Made by a program: the position numbers and the translations under genes. DNA of 64,000 nt from Eledone cirrhosa (taxonomy: Eukaryota), in the NCBI GenBank assembly GCA_964016885.1, contig OZ024743.1, forward strand, positions 358,608,001 to 358,672,000. The letters run 5' to 3'. The notes beneath the pieces are model-generated. The model was not told the DNA's origin. It made no database searches and saw only the letters and a list, made by a program, of their open reading frames with translations. Below, piece by piece: positions 12,896-25,690 of the stretch (within the stretch, counting starts at the first letter, position 1; the number at the start of each line of letters is the position of its first letter).

Positions 12896-13267
12896 TATAT
12901 ATATATATATATAAAAGCAATATGCAAATTTTAAATATCCTTCAATAAAATAGATTCAATATCCAGGATACATTGCAGTTAATTATCAGAATCTGATATC
13001 ACCTTCAAGCTTCTCCAGGGTTAATTTAATATCAATTTCATTCTACCTCATAGCATTCAGGAGGTTGAATGAAACATGATTAAAATGAAATTACTATACC
13101 GAGGAAATGTTTCTGATGATTATGATTGAGCATGCATTTAATATTTTGAGAAGTGAAGGAGAGCATATTTTGTGTCTTGCTTTCTAGATGCATTTAAAAG
13201 TTCATCGTTTATATTTGCTCCCTTGCCACTGTCTCCATTCACTGAACCAGTAATTGCCTTACTGTAG

Positions 13268-13620
13268 ACACAGCATGGTCGAATGATTAAAAAGTTTGCA
13301 TAGCAACCATTGTTTCCGGGTTTGATCCCACTGCCTGGCATGTTGGGTAAGTGACATTTACCATAGCACCAGGTCGACCCATGCCTTGTGAGTGAAATTA
13401 AGTAGAGGGAAACAGTTTAGAAGCTTGTTGGCTGGATAGTTCCTCTAATTCAAAGAGCCAGCCAGCTTTGTCACACACTCCAGACGGAATCTCCCTGGGA
13501 ATTACGTCAAGTGTACAAGTGTCTGTGGAATGCTCAGTCACATATCCACATATACGTTAATTTCCTGAGTAAGCTGTTTAGTTAAACTAACAACCGGAAC
13601 ACTCATAGTCAAAGCACTCC
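13268..13620 (+). mobile_element. tRNA-derived CORE-like SINE with 3' module
   Basis: Same family as 4258; GGGTTTGATCCC B box. Confidence 0.65.
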
Positions 13621-13775
13621 ACTACAATTGGAAAAACAGTAACCAACGAGGTTATTGTCAACAAAACACCAATATATTAAATATATGGGTATCGTTGACA
13701 ATAAACAGATCTCCTTTGAAGAAAATAAGAATACCTCGCCCGTTTTACCAGAGTTATTTCACATGATCCTTTCAT

Positions 13776-13806
<31 letters not shown>

Positions 13807-13980
13807 TGATACGGACACAAACAGACGATGAAACCTTATACCTAACATAATAAATGCAATGAATATAGGGAATGGGACCAGATATTTTTCCATTTTCTTC
13901 AAAGGAAATCTATTGTCAATGATAACCAAATATACAATGAAACATAGTTTTAACAGCAAAATGCAGCAACAGTAAAAGGT

Positions 13981-14450
13981 ATCTTACCCCAATACAACCG
14001 TTTCTTCTTTTTCTCTTTTACTTAAACATTTTCTGTAATGACCAACACCGGGGATGACAATAACAACAAACATTTAGTCGATTTATATATATGAAACTGT
14101 ATGTACCGAGGGACTGGGAAAATAGAATTAAATAAACGATAAACAGTGTTAGAGTGGAGAGGATTGCAGATCCTGAGAAATAACAGATTTATTGAATTCC
14201 CAGTGAAATATGAAATTAAAAAACTTCAGTGAAGAAATTACATTCCTCTCAGCTTCTAGTGAAACAGGAAATGGAACTCTTTAATCTATAAGAAAAGAGA
14301 AGGGATAGAAGATATGATTGGCGAGCTGTGGAGAGTTCTATTTTGTTGCCAATGTAACGTACAAAATCATACTCCGTTATGTAGCATATCAATTGTACTG
14401 ACAATCAAACAACTTACACCGGTATATGCAGAACAGTTTACCACTGAACG
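13981..14450 (-). promoter_or_regulatory. possible non-coding upstream exons/promoter of the ZNF gene
   Basis: Non-repetitive-looking island with minus-strand donors GGG|GTAAGA (13987) and GGT|GTAAGT (14417), and a CCAAT near 14320. Confidence 0.3.
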
Positions 14451-14541
14451 ATTGAGGGGTGTTTTTCTATAAATTTACCATTTTTTTGGTGGTAGGTGTC
14501 GACTAAATCGACCAAAGTGCCTTACTGGTGCTATATTTTAT

Positions 14542-15126
14542 GGAATAGGCTATGTAGCCGGTCCCGGTAAAATAGACTCCCAGGCTATTTAGATACCATG
14601 AGTTGGGATCCGAGTTAAGGCAATTTGAAATCTTTTCCATCATCTATTGTTAAAAACTAAGTTAAAATCATTTAGTCATCGTCTTATTGTGTTTCATCCA
14701 TTCGTAACGCACGTTACTCTTTATTTACATACACACATATCTACTGAGTTCCATGGCTTAGGAATTTTAGCAGTCATATTTTCGAAATTAAGAATTTTAG
14801 CATAAAGTCACCACCTCGGTTAAAAATAGTAGTCACTACCTGGGTTCTAAAACATTCCAGCAAAGTTACGTCCCTTTACGATCTGAGTTCAAATCCCGCC
14901 GAGGTTGACTTTGCCTTTCATCCTTACGGGGTCGATAAAATAAAGTACCAGTAATGCACTGGGTTATTGCTGGCCTTGTGCGTAAAGTAGAAACAATTAT
15001 TATTTAGTGGTAAAATATGCTTCCTGGACCCCCGGCTAGAGTTGCGTCCCTTTGGAGTTTACCGAGGGAATAAGCTTAAAAAGAATGTTTGTCTATTTTG
15101 CCGGGACCAGCTACATAGCCTATTCC
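14542..15126. mobile_element. MITE with 36-bp TIRs and 9-bp TSD (Mutator- or Merlin-like)
   Basis: GGAATAGGCTATGTAGC(C/T)GGTCCCGG(T/C)AAAATAGAC at both ends; flanks ATATTTTAT / TTATTTTAT. Confidence 0.85.
14855..15003 (+). mobile_element. tRNA-derived SINE (Meta-like central domain), 5'-truncated, inside the MITE
   Basis: GAGTTCAAATCC B box; GTTGACTTTGCCTTTCATCCTTACGGGGTCGATAAAATAAAGTACCAG body; (ATT)n tail. Confidence 0.85.
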
Positions 15127-15243
15127 TTATTTTATCGACTTCTTAAGGATGAAAAGCAAAGCTAACCTCGGTGGCATTTGAACCCAGAGCGTAAAGGGCA
15201 GTAACTATATGCTGCAAAGCATGTCCGACGCCAATCCACCACC
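15127..15243 (-). mobile_element. older SINE copy split by the MITE (3' part at about 14488-14541)
   Basis: SINE sequence ACTGGT..TTATTTTAT|CGAC continues across the MITE. Confidence 0.75.
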
Positions 15244-15304
<61 letters not shown>

Positions 15305-15305
<1 letters not shown>

Positions 15306-15537
15306 CAAAGAGGATGTGGTAAGATACCAGGTAGACCATACTGGTTGCTTTTGTTCGGATCTAGCTGTCGAAACGGCCGGAGCTCAGTCGCCGGAGTCCT
15401 GACTCTTTTCTACATATATATATATATATATATATCAGTCTTAAACTAGTTGGGCTATTATTCGATAGTTGGGACAGTAGAGTGTGTGTGACTATTAGAA
15501 AGAGTCTGGAACTAGCTGTTGAAACGGCATGAGCTCA
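15305..15537. mobile_element. two decayed copies of an unclassified (TA)n-associated fold-back element
   Basis: Share GTGGTAAG..CCAGGT.GACCATA and GC.GT.GAAACGGC..GAGCTC with 51170-51318 and 58720-58919. Confidence 0.6.
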
Positions 15538-15658
15538 CACACACACACACACACGCACGCGCGCGCGCGCATGTGTGTGGTAATCCTTTAGAAAAGCACC
15601 CGCTAGGGTTCGATAAGAAATGTTTCCTTTTTTCGTGTGTTTTTAACCATATATATAT

Positions 15659-15936
15659 ATAATTGTTTCTACTTTTGGCACAAGGCCAGCAATTATCCAG
15701 TGCATTACTGGTACTTTATTTTATCGACATAGTAAGGATGAAAGGCAAAGTTAACCTCGGCGGGATTTAAACCCAGACCATAAAGGACCGTAACTCTTTG
15801 CTGCAAAGCATGGCGGCAGACCTACCGATACTGCCAATCCATATATATATAATGATTTTTGATTTGGATACAAGGCCAACAATATATATATATATACATA
15901 TGTGTATATATATATATATATATATGTATGTATATA

Positions 15937-15981
<45 letters not shown>

Positions 15982-16468
15982 ATATGTATGTATGTATGTA
16001 TATATGTATATATATATATTGGTAAAAGGAAAAGAAAATACTGACAAATTGTTCCCAGTAAAAAATAGTGGCAAGGGCCGTAACTCTATGCGTCAAATAA
16101 TTGTTTCTACTTTAGGCACAAGGCCAGCAATTACCCAGTGCATTACTGGTACTTTATTTTATCGACCCCGTAAGGATGAAAGGCAAAGTCAACCTCGGCG
16201 GGATTTGAACTCAGATCGTAAAGGGACGTAACTATGCTGGAAAGCATGGCGTCCGACCCTCCACCGATACTGCCAATCCATTAATAATTGTTTCTACTTT
16301 TGGCACAAGGCCAGCAATTACCCAGTGCATTACTGGTACTTTATTTCATCGACCCCGTGAGGATGAAAGGCAAAGTTAACCTCGGCGGGATTTGAACTCA
16401 GAATGGCAAGGGACGTAACTCTATGCGTCAAAGCATGGCGTCCGACCCTCTACCGATACTGCCAATCA
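15659..16468 (-). mobile_element. three SINE copies (15659-15841, 16097-16281, 16284-16468)
   Basis: Near-identical 185-bp units, the last two head-to-tail; (TA)n/(TATG)n between the first two. Confidence 0.9.
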
Positions 16469-16859
16469 GTAAGAAATGTAGTCAAATGCGTTTAGTCTTG
16501 CTAACTCCGCCGACTGTCAGATTGGCATAGATCCAGGGGAGGTAATTAAGGTAACAAGACAAACACTCTAATTTTCCAGAGATATAGAAAAGGCATCATT
16601 TATATCCTTTTGTTTCCATATTTTTAAATGAAAGATACTGCCTATGGTTTGAAATCATTATAAAATTTTTATTCACAGTTGTATAAATAACATTACAAAT
16701 TGTTTATAACTCTTATAGAACGAAAATATAAACAAATAATATATACAATTAATTATTTCTAGGAACTTTATAAGTATAATACACAAAAATATATAATCAA
16801 ATCGAGAGAAAAAAAACAAACTATCTATTCAACATCAGTAAGGCGAACCACTAATGATG

Positions 16860-18700
16860 ACAATAACTTTGCTGTTAACAGCCCAGCTCCACCAAACGTT
16901 TCGAACACCACAGGATGTAAGAGGGGGCAAAAGAGTCACTGATGAGACATCTGCCTCTTATCCAGGGACAAAGAGTAAGACCATCTGGTCTCTTCCCATC
17001 AATTCTGGATAATCTAGTCGGCTCCAGGATGGGGAATATTTACTTGAGCTAGGGCCTGCTTAATGATCAGGTTTAGCTCGGTGTGGCAGGTGAAGCAACT
17101 AGGATTTAGGCGTCAAGACAGACCATTGATGCCTCTGTAGTCGAGGAACCTACCACAGCAACATCCCAGGGCCCCACAGACATTGACTTCTACTCTGGAT
17201 GCAATGGAGATGCAGAGCTCGTCCAGACTAAGAAGACTACCAATGTTGGCCACAGGCAGGGCATCAACCCTGAGAACCTTTCACTTGCAGAATGTAGGCA
17301 ACACCTTGAAAATTGATCAGATTGATCAAAGTGAGAGTTGAAGGGGTCACTGGATTGCAGATTGCCCCATGCTCTCTGCTTCCATCTATCCCCATCAGTA
17401 TCAGGAGCTGACAAACCCAGCTCATTCCACTGTAGTAAAGCTTCCTCCATCTCCCTGTTGGAACTAGTTCATGTTGGAAAAGAGAGGATATTGCCTACGA
17501 AAGGGGAGCAAGTATGGATGGAGGAAAGAAAGTAAGGTAGAGACAGAGACAAGCATTTACGCAGACTGAGACTTTCAAACTGTTTAGGCAAAGTAGCCTG
17601 GTCGCAGGACTCTGAAGAGAGTGTGACATTGCCCAAGCATTTGAGTTCACTGAAGATTAAGTCCTCAAAGCGTTGAAGAGATGATGAGATCTATAAGAGG
17701 TACTAACTCTGAGGAAATACTACAACTTAAGAACCAACAAGTAATTCTTAAGTACAAAAAAAACCTTAAAAGCTACTTGAGGTTAGCCAACTTGGATCGA
17801 AAAATGGACTTGAAGGTTTGGTCAGTAATTGGGGCTCCAAGGGAATCACGATACAGGGGAAGGAATCTGTAAATAGGTTTACAGTCGGCTGATGTGAAGC
17901 TAGGTGCTTGAAAAGCTAGAACTTGCATTTGGAAATGTTGATGTGAAGGGCCCCTACAACTTAGTTCCTCAATCATTGTCCTTGTGTTTGCAAAGACCTT
18001 ATTTGGAGTACCCCCCAAACAAGCATCTTCCAGATACCAGGCATTCAAATCCAAATCAGCTCCCATCTTGGTGGTGAAAAGAGCAGGTTCAAGCGGTTCA
18101 CCCTGTTGGACTCCTGAAGCAGATAGGATAGAATGGTCACCAAAGGAGAGGTAGGAGGGCTCCCAATAAGCTTGTTAAGCAAAGGGGTAGAGCTGTGGCG
18201 CCCTCTCCTTTGCTGAATGGAGAATGACATTCCAATTGATAGAATTGAAGGTATTCCTGAGATTTAGTTTGAGGATAACCTTTGGGGTTTTAGAAGGCAA
18301 GTTAGTAAAAGCTCTAGTGATGTGAGTGATAACCTCGCAACCTAGCTTGGTACACACTCCTAGCTGAATAGGGGAAAATCTGGTGGACAGGTTGTCTGTA
18401 ATCGAGGACAGACACACTTTCGCTGAGAGCTGTCGTAGAGTACACCCAAATGCAATAGGGCAGAGGTCATCATTAGGCTTTGTGAGATCAAACACTTCAG
18501 CCTCAAAGAACAGGAGCGAATATAAGGAAGGACACTCTCAGATGAGAACATGTCAACAAACTGGGGTAGGATCTCCAAAAGCTCAAGCCTGGCATCACTG
18601 ACTGATAGGGAGATATCATCCTTAGGTTCTGAGGTTGTAGACCACCAATTCCTGTGTCAGAACCTGCCGGAAAAGATACAATTGCCTTCCTGATGTTAAC
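16860..18700 (-). mobile_element. decayed CRE-clade-like non-LTR retrotransposon (RT + restriction-like endonuclease)
   Basis: [67 protein letters not shown]. Confidence 0.75.
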
Positions 18701-19224
18701 TGAGGTGAAGACAGGTTGTAAATAAATTGGTAGGTTGGGCCAGTGTAAGTGGTTATTTGGAGGGACCTAAAAATGTTTCTCCCTTAGTTGATTGAGGGAT
18801 AATTTTGAAAACAAGAATTTCAAGGGATGTAGTAATATAATCAATTTTCTCATTGCTAAGCTAGTGTTTGGAACATAACAAAAGTCCTTACACAAAACTA
18901 TGGTGGAATGTTTTTAGATAAATATAAACACTTTATCACAAAGAGTTTTGTATTGTAAAATCAGGAGCAGTTTGGTATCAAAAGGGAGGGTAGCATACAT
19001 GGCCTTTTTTCAGTTTCATTTTGAAAATAGATCTCATTTGGAGAAAATGAAAGTATCTTGTATATTTCACTTTATTCATTTTGCATGCTCCTCTCTCTCA
19101 CACATATTAGTGCAAAAAATCAATGAGTAAAAACAATACAGGAGAACGGTACAATACAATGATGATATATATTACTTTAATGATTGATATGGTAGGAAGA
19201 GTCATTATATATATATATATATAT

Positions 19225-20200
19225 GTTACTAATGCAAATTTCCTTGATGTAAACTTACCACAGTTTTGTATAAACCATACCGTACCATAAACTTAACGAA
19301 AAATTGAAATATATTAATAAAGCCTCATGCCATTCCCTGCTGTTTTTAAAATCTTAGTTTCTAACATTAGTCATAGGATCTTAAACCTATCAGCAATCAG
19401 GGAGATTTTCGATAAGGCTGCACCTTACTACAACCAAACCCTCGTAAATAGTGATTTTAAGGACAAAATTAAGAACACACCCAATCATTCCCAACCCAAC
19501 TATACTAAAAATACTAACAGAAAAAGAAGAATTATCTGCTTCACACCCACCTTTTCCCTAAAGTAAAGACCAATGTAGGTAAGAAATTTTTAGATTGAAT
19601 AGATAGATATTTCCCACCACAACAGATGTAGTAAAATATTCAATTGTAATTCTGTCAAAATAGCCTATTCATGTGGACCATCTATGAAATAAAAAATTAC
19701 TGCAAAGAATATACCTGATGTTAATCAATGCTCCTCTTGTAGGATTAAAGAGAGCTTCCCTCTTCACAGAAATGTAATATCAAATCCATTGTGTATGAGG
19801 TAGAGATTACACACAACACAGAAAATTCTGAAGTTAGCGAAAGATACATCAGTATGGTGCAAGATTGTTTTAAACAATGTTTTTATTCACATCTCTCCTT
19901 CAGGAATCCCAATATGAGAACCAGTATAGCTCTGGTGAAAAAAGTCTGGCAATTAAAGGAAAAAGGAGTCCCACATAAGATCACTTGAAAGATAGTTGAA
20001 AGATCCAGTCCTTACACCAATGGTACCTAGAAATGTCGCCTCTGAGTGAGAAATTTAAGATATTACAAGGTTTATCTCCAAACAATATTTATTTGAACTG
20101 AAAGAGCAAAATTTTTAGAGGATGCCTCCATCTCAAAACCCAACTGCTTGCTAAATGGAAATACTCAACAAATTTGACTGATTTTCAACCACCTTATTTT
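19225..20200 (+). mobile_element. Penelope-like element fragment (RT thumb + GIY-YIG), decayed
   Basis: FDKAAPYYNQTL, RKRRIICFTPTFS, KIFN.NSVKIAYSC, VYEVEI..RYISM..FKQCFYSH; begins directly after (TA)n. Confidence 0.85.
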
Positions 20201-20520
20201 GATTTATATGCTTCCGTTATATCTTTTCTTTCTCTTTCTCTTTCCATACTTACATAATACAATACGCTTTCTATACTACTCCATACCTTGATAAATATTA
20301 CCATCTCTATATTATACTATTTAGGGGAGTATAAAGATACTCCCCTGACAGAAAAACGAATTCTTACAGTATTGGTTATCCCAATGATTTGAAATGCCTG
20401 CTATGGCTTCTTCTGTTTTTGAAACTATGGTAGGGAGACGTTTATATGAATCAGACTCTCTTATTTTAGTCTGTCTGACTTATACTCTCCTAAATAGTGT
20501 TTTTTTGCATAAGTTTAATA

Positions 20521-20568
<48 letters not shown>

Positions 20569-20584
20569 GTATAAAATCAATACA

Positions 20585-20662
20585 ATTACCTCATTACCAG
20601 AGGTTTCCTGAATGAGGCGAATACGAAATAAACGACTTCATTCGTTCGTCAGACGAGGCAAT
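20585..20662 (-). ncRNA. type I hammerhead ribozyme motif
   Basis: TTGCCTCGT CTGACGA AC GAATGA..TCATTC AG GAAA CC-TCT-GG TA ATGAGGTAA: 9-bp stem I, stems II and III, GUA site. Confidence 0.8.
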
Positions 20663-21449
20663 ATAAAACATGGGCAAATACTTAGAAAAACACATCAAGA
20701 AAATCAAAAAAATATATAGATAAATGAAATAGAAATTGAAATATATAAAAATCTATCAAGAAAAATAGTTAGGTGTGTGTATGTGTATGTATATACGCTC
20801 ACAGATATGCATATATGTATATATGCACATGTAAATGTATAGTTAGAAAGTGTGCGTAATTATAAAAATTTAGGGCAAATGTATCTATATGTCTGTATTG
20901 TACAGACAGAAATGGTTACATCGTAAATATAAGAATATAAATTCGCGCGCATAAAAACGCCTGGACACTCGTACACTTAGATGCGGAAAGAAAGGAGGTA
21001 AAGATAGTGTAATAATTAAAAGAAAAGTATCAGTCTTGATATATTTATAAAAATATAGTAACGATAAATTAGAAAGAAAAAATTAAAGAAAACAAAAAAA
21101 GAGAAAACAAAAAAAGAGGGGGTACATACATACACAGACACGCGTGTCTCACAAAAGAAATGTAAAAATAATTATGCTTATATACACACGCGCACTTACA
21201 CTTCCATACGTTCGATATGTACATACACACACACACACACACATACTTATACTCGCGCATATAAACCTGCTTGCATGCCCACGTATGAAACTGAGTAAGT
21301 AACAAAGGGGGGAAGGGAGGGGGAGAAGAAAAAAGGAACAAAAACATAAAACCGAAATGTCAAAAACACGGATATAAAGACACTTACACATACGCATAAT
21401 ATATACATACACACACACACAAACACCTGTACACACATACATACATACA

Positions 21450-21495
<46 letters not shown>

Positions 21496-21885
21496 CATAC
21501 AGGTACGCGCGCGCACATACGTAGTCACTCATGTACATATATAAAAAGTATACACACATTAAGGCGTTCAGCCATATTGAAATGTGGATAAATAAGTGCA
21601 AATATAAAATTGTAAGATAGGCTGCGCAAAAATAAAATAAAAATAAAAATGAAAAATATATCTGGGTTGAAAAACACAAAAGACAAGTATAATCAGTTAA
21701 TGGAGGGAAAAGGGAAGTAAAAGAAGGGGAAGTAAAAAATAGAAAATAGGAAGTGGATCGGAGAATAAAGGGGGGGGGTGGGGGGTGAAGTAAAAATAAA
21801 TAAAAGTGAAAATAAATGAAATTATTGACAAGGAAAAGAATGAAAGTAAGTCAGAAAGGGTAATTAAAAAGAGAATAATAAGAGT

Positions 21886-22515
21886 TTATGGAGGATAAGT
21901 ATCTGAAAGTGTGTTAAGTTTATATGAGCTGGAAAGCAGGTGTGATTTCATGTGTGGGCAACTGGTAAAAATTTCCGTCTTTGTGTTCAGGCAGGTCTTC
22001 GGTGATTTAAGATTTTGCAATATCCAAAATTTTTCATTTATGCAGAGCGTGCATTTTCTTGATCCTCTAGCATATTTTTTAGATTGGTTCAAAATTGACC
22101 AATCTAGTTTATATTGGATGCCTTGGTCTTTCAAATCCCAGATTCTGCTAGCCAGAGCTGTTGTAAATCTTTTTTCTGGATGTCGAAAGGATGCGACATG
22201 TGAGTAATAACGCGTTTTGAATCTGTCTTGCGTCATACCCACATATCGTTCACTGGTGACTGGATGGTTGTTGCTGATGGTTGTCACATTAGCCGCATAT
22301 ACAATGGCTTTGGTGTTGCATTTACCTTGTAATGGGCATTCACTTTTGATTCTACAGGAGCAAGTTTGATTTTCTCTAGGTGATGTTTTGTTGAGGATAT
22401 AGGACTTAATGGGGGGACCGCAGGAATAGCTAATTTTAACACAGTTTCTGTTAAAGATCTTATAGTATCTATGTGTTCTAGGGAAATATTTATCTAGGAG
22501 TTCTAGGAATTTTTC
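21886..22515 (-). mobile_element. Penelope-like element 3' fragment (GIY-YIG)
   Basis: KIFNRNCVKISYSC, CPLQGKC, IVYAANV..RYVGMTQDRFKTRYYSH, KCTLCINEK; 3' region probably runs to the hammerhead at 20585. Confidence 0.9.
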
Positions 22516-22532
22516 ATGTCATATATCAAATC

Positions 22533-22604
22533 ATATATTTTATCTGATGAAGATGTACTGAAAAATCAACACAGTACCTTTGAAATATATATAATAAAGC
22601 ATAT
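22533..22604 (+). ncRNA. type I hammerhead ribozyme motif, partly degenerate
   Basis: TTTTAT CTGATGA AGAT GTACTG..CAGTAC CTTT GAAA TATATA TA ATAAAG; palindromic hexamer as stem III. Confidence 0.6.
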
Positions 22605-22664
22605 ATTTTGATTATGTGAATATCTTTCATTTGTTAATATTTTGAATAATATATATATATATAA

Positions 22665-23052
22665 ATAAATTAATAAAAATAATGAATAAAAACAAAGAAA
22701 CAGTTCCTTATATTAAAAAATTCATCATTTTACGATCGTTTCTAGGATATATATGTGTGTGTTGGTATGTATATCATATAGATCTATGTAAAATTTTTAC
22801 AAACTATCAGAGGGAATATACATACCTACACATATATATGCTGTCTTCAGAAATAATCAATTATTTCTGAAGACAGCATATATATGTGTAGGTATGTATA
22901 TTCCCTCTGATAGTTTGTAAACATTTTACATAGATCTATATGATATACATACCAACACACACATATATATCCTAGAAACGATCGTAAAATGATGAATTTT
23001 TTAATAGAAGGAACTGTTTCTTTGTTTTTATTCACTATTTTTATTAATTTAT
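22665..23052. repeat. 388-bp palindrome (193-bp arms, 2-nt spacer)
   Basis: Centre AGAAATAAT-CA-ATTATTTCT at 22858-59; 3 mismatches seen between arms. Confidence 0.95.
22860..22993 (+). ncRNA. type I hammerhead with long stem II (mirror copy at 22724-22857, minus strand)
   Basis: ATTATTT CTGAAGA [ATATATATGTGT/GGTATGTATAT pairing with ATATACATACC/ACACATATATAT] GAAA CGATCG TA AAATGAT. Confidence 0.75.
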
Positions 23053-23289
23053 CTTGACTCTGTTTTCCTGTGTTTTTCATCGAAAAAATTTTGAATACAT
23101 CTTCTCTTTTCATGATATTTGGATTACATTGAGTTCTTCATACAGATTGGACACTACCGTATATTTTGGTAGATTTATCTACATATATATATATTTATTA
23201 AAATAACAGATTAAAGTTTAAGCAAAGAATCGCTGCTTCCACCCTTAACGGGATTTTAGTCTTCACATTTATTATCATTACTATTATTA

Positions 23290-23702
23290 TTATTGTTCTT
23301 TGAGTCTCAGTCATTGATGTTAGTTAACTGGAAAGTTTGTTGAAATGAATATCAAGCCACTACCTGCAGCCTCATATATTCAGGCCGTATCGGAGGGTTC
23401 TTGCTGTTCCCAGCAAGCATGCCTTTTGAAGCGTTCCAAAAAGCGTGGCGGGGCCAATTTTCTTTAACCATCCCTGGAAACTTTTTGAGATAGTACCTAG
23501 TGCGCCTATGACAATTGGGACCACTTTGACTTCATGGCAGTTCCAAATCCTTTTTACCTCCCACTTTAAGTCCTGGTATCAGTTAATTTTCTCCCTCTCC
23601 TTCTTTTGCACTCTCGTGTCGAATGGGCAGGCCACATCCACAATCAGGCACGATCTTTTTTCCTTGTCCAAAACCACCAGGTCAGGTCTATTGTGTTCCA
23701 GT
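23290..23702 (-). mobile_element. R4/Dong-like LINE 3' fragment
   Basis: HNRPDLVVLDK..IVDVACPFD..QKACLLGTAR; (TAA)n-type tail; homologous to 48222-48936. Confidence 0.85.
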
Positions 23703-23709
23703 TATTATT

Positions 23710-24517
23710 GGTCCTTCTCAGCACATCATCTCTTCACTTGTGTTCCTTTGCTATCTCCTCTGTTAGTCTTAGCAATTTCAGATCCACTCTCACAACATCT
23801 ACCCAGGTCTTTCTTGGTTGCTCTCTATTGTGGCTTTCTTCCACTGGGATTTCTTCACCCATCAGTCATTGTCCATGCACATCACATGTCCATACCAACA
23901 CAATCTTCTCTCTTGCACACCATCTCGGATTTCCCTTAAGCCCAGTTTCTCTCTCAGCTCATCCAAGCTCTGCCTTTCACTCACATTTACTTTGCAAATC
24001 CAAAGAAACATGGTTGCTTCATTTTTCTCCAGTCTATGCATGTCATCTGCGGTCATAGCCCATGTTTTACTACCAAGCATTGCACATTGCACACAGGCGT
24101 CATACAGCCTTCTTTTTGTACATAGAGAAAAATCTTTTATTGTCAGCAGTGAGAGTAGTTCTCTAAACTTCTTCCATCCTATCCTTATTTTAGCTATTAT
24201 ACTCTTGGTGCACCCTCCCCTGCTGCTAATTAGGTCACCTAGATAGCACAAGTTATCAACCACATCTTGTGACTGGAAAAGGTTTATATCATTAGCACTC
24301 TTCCTCTTGATTTCTCCTGTGCATTTCCTACAAGCAAAGTTCTCACTTCCTGTTAGTCTACTCATTATCCCTCTACATCTTTTGTGTACTTAAGATTTAC
24401 ATTGTGTACATTGTATGGAGTTTATGCCTACTCCTTTACATATTGAGCATGGCCACTTCCCCGAGGGAATCTGGGTCCTGTCTTCTCTCCTACTCACTAG
24501 CACTTTAGTTTTGGCTA
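23710..24517 (-). mobile_element. RTE LINE fragment with PHD-like finger
   Basis: SGKWPCSIC..CTQC, LCYLGD, GWKKFREL, ERRLCWYGHV. Confidence 0.85.
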
Positions 24518-24779
24518 AGTACACGCTGTAAAGGGGTTGGTGATAGGAAGAGCATCCAGCCACAGAAGACTTGCCAGACAAAGGGTTGAGAGGACCCTCA
24601 GGCATGTCAAAGACATGATAACCTCTCCTGAACATGCAATGTACATAAGTGAGACAGATCCCTGGCTTGCTTGAGAAATCAGTGGCTCCGCTTCAGTATG
24701 GACTTGGTCTATATAGACCTGTCCAACCCTCGTTAGCAGAGAAAGAAGACATTAAAATGACAAGGATGGTGATGATGAG

Positions 24780-25690
24780 AACCACTGATACTTTCTTCTT
24801 TGTGAGGCAGCTGTAGAAGAAGTATTGAGCTAAAAGTAAACACCTCTACTGTTGACCTGGAGGAAGCATTTGACAGGATCCCCTGTTCCATAATTAGGTG
24901 GGAACTTAGGAAACAAGGGGTATATGAGTGGCTTTTGAGAGCAGTACAAGCTATGTACAGAGGTGCAATCAGCATGGTCAAAATTAATAATTACTATAAT
25001 GAGGAGTTTAGTGTCCAAGTGGGGGTTCACCAGGGCTCCGTTCTTAGACCACTCCTGTTTATTATCATTCACCTGACTATAATAGAAGAGTATAAAAGAG
25101 GTTGTCTTGGGAACACCTTTATGCTGATGATCTAACTCTCATAACTGAATCTATGGAAGAACTAGAGAAAAAAATCCTGACCTGGAAGCATAATTTGGAA
25201 TGAAAAGGTCTTAAAGTCAACTTGGCAAAGATATGGAAAACAAGGCCCTGATCCCTTCAGGGAAACAGCCCTGTTGAGTCTATAGGAAGCAGGTGGATAG
25301 AAATTCCATCCCTTATCCCAAATGCAAACTATGGGAGCACAAGAGATGTAGTGGGATCTCAGGCAGGGAAGCAAAGAATGTAGGTTTTATATATGACCGA
25401 TGCACAGGAGCAGTAAACAGTAAGTGCTCACAGGAAACAAGTTCTTAGAGGGTTCCAGAGAAACAGTTGACAGCTTCTGTTACCTGGGTGATCAAAGTAC
25501 AGTAGCCAGAGTGAGAATGAGATGGAGAAAGTTCAGGAAGTTACTATCGCTGCTAGCTACAAATGGTTTTTCTCACAAAATGAAGGGCGGATTATATGAT
25601 GCATGTATATAAACATCAATGCTTCATGGTAGTGTTACCTGGGTGCTGTGTGCAGAGGACCTACAAAGATTGAAAAGAAACAACAAGGCC
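24780..25690 (+). mobile_element. RTE LINE fragment, decayed
   Basis: VDLEEAFDRIP, VGVHQGSVL, YADD, FCYLGD. Confidence 0.85.

Noticed and set aside
15751-16231. YI/IY-rich ORFs (also 21149-21679, 27289-27489)
   Set aside because: Translations of (TA)n/(TATG)n microsatellites
22682-23113. Two nearly identical small ORFs on opposite strands
   Set aside because: By-product of the palindrome
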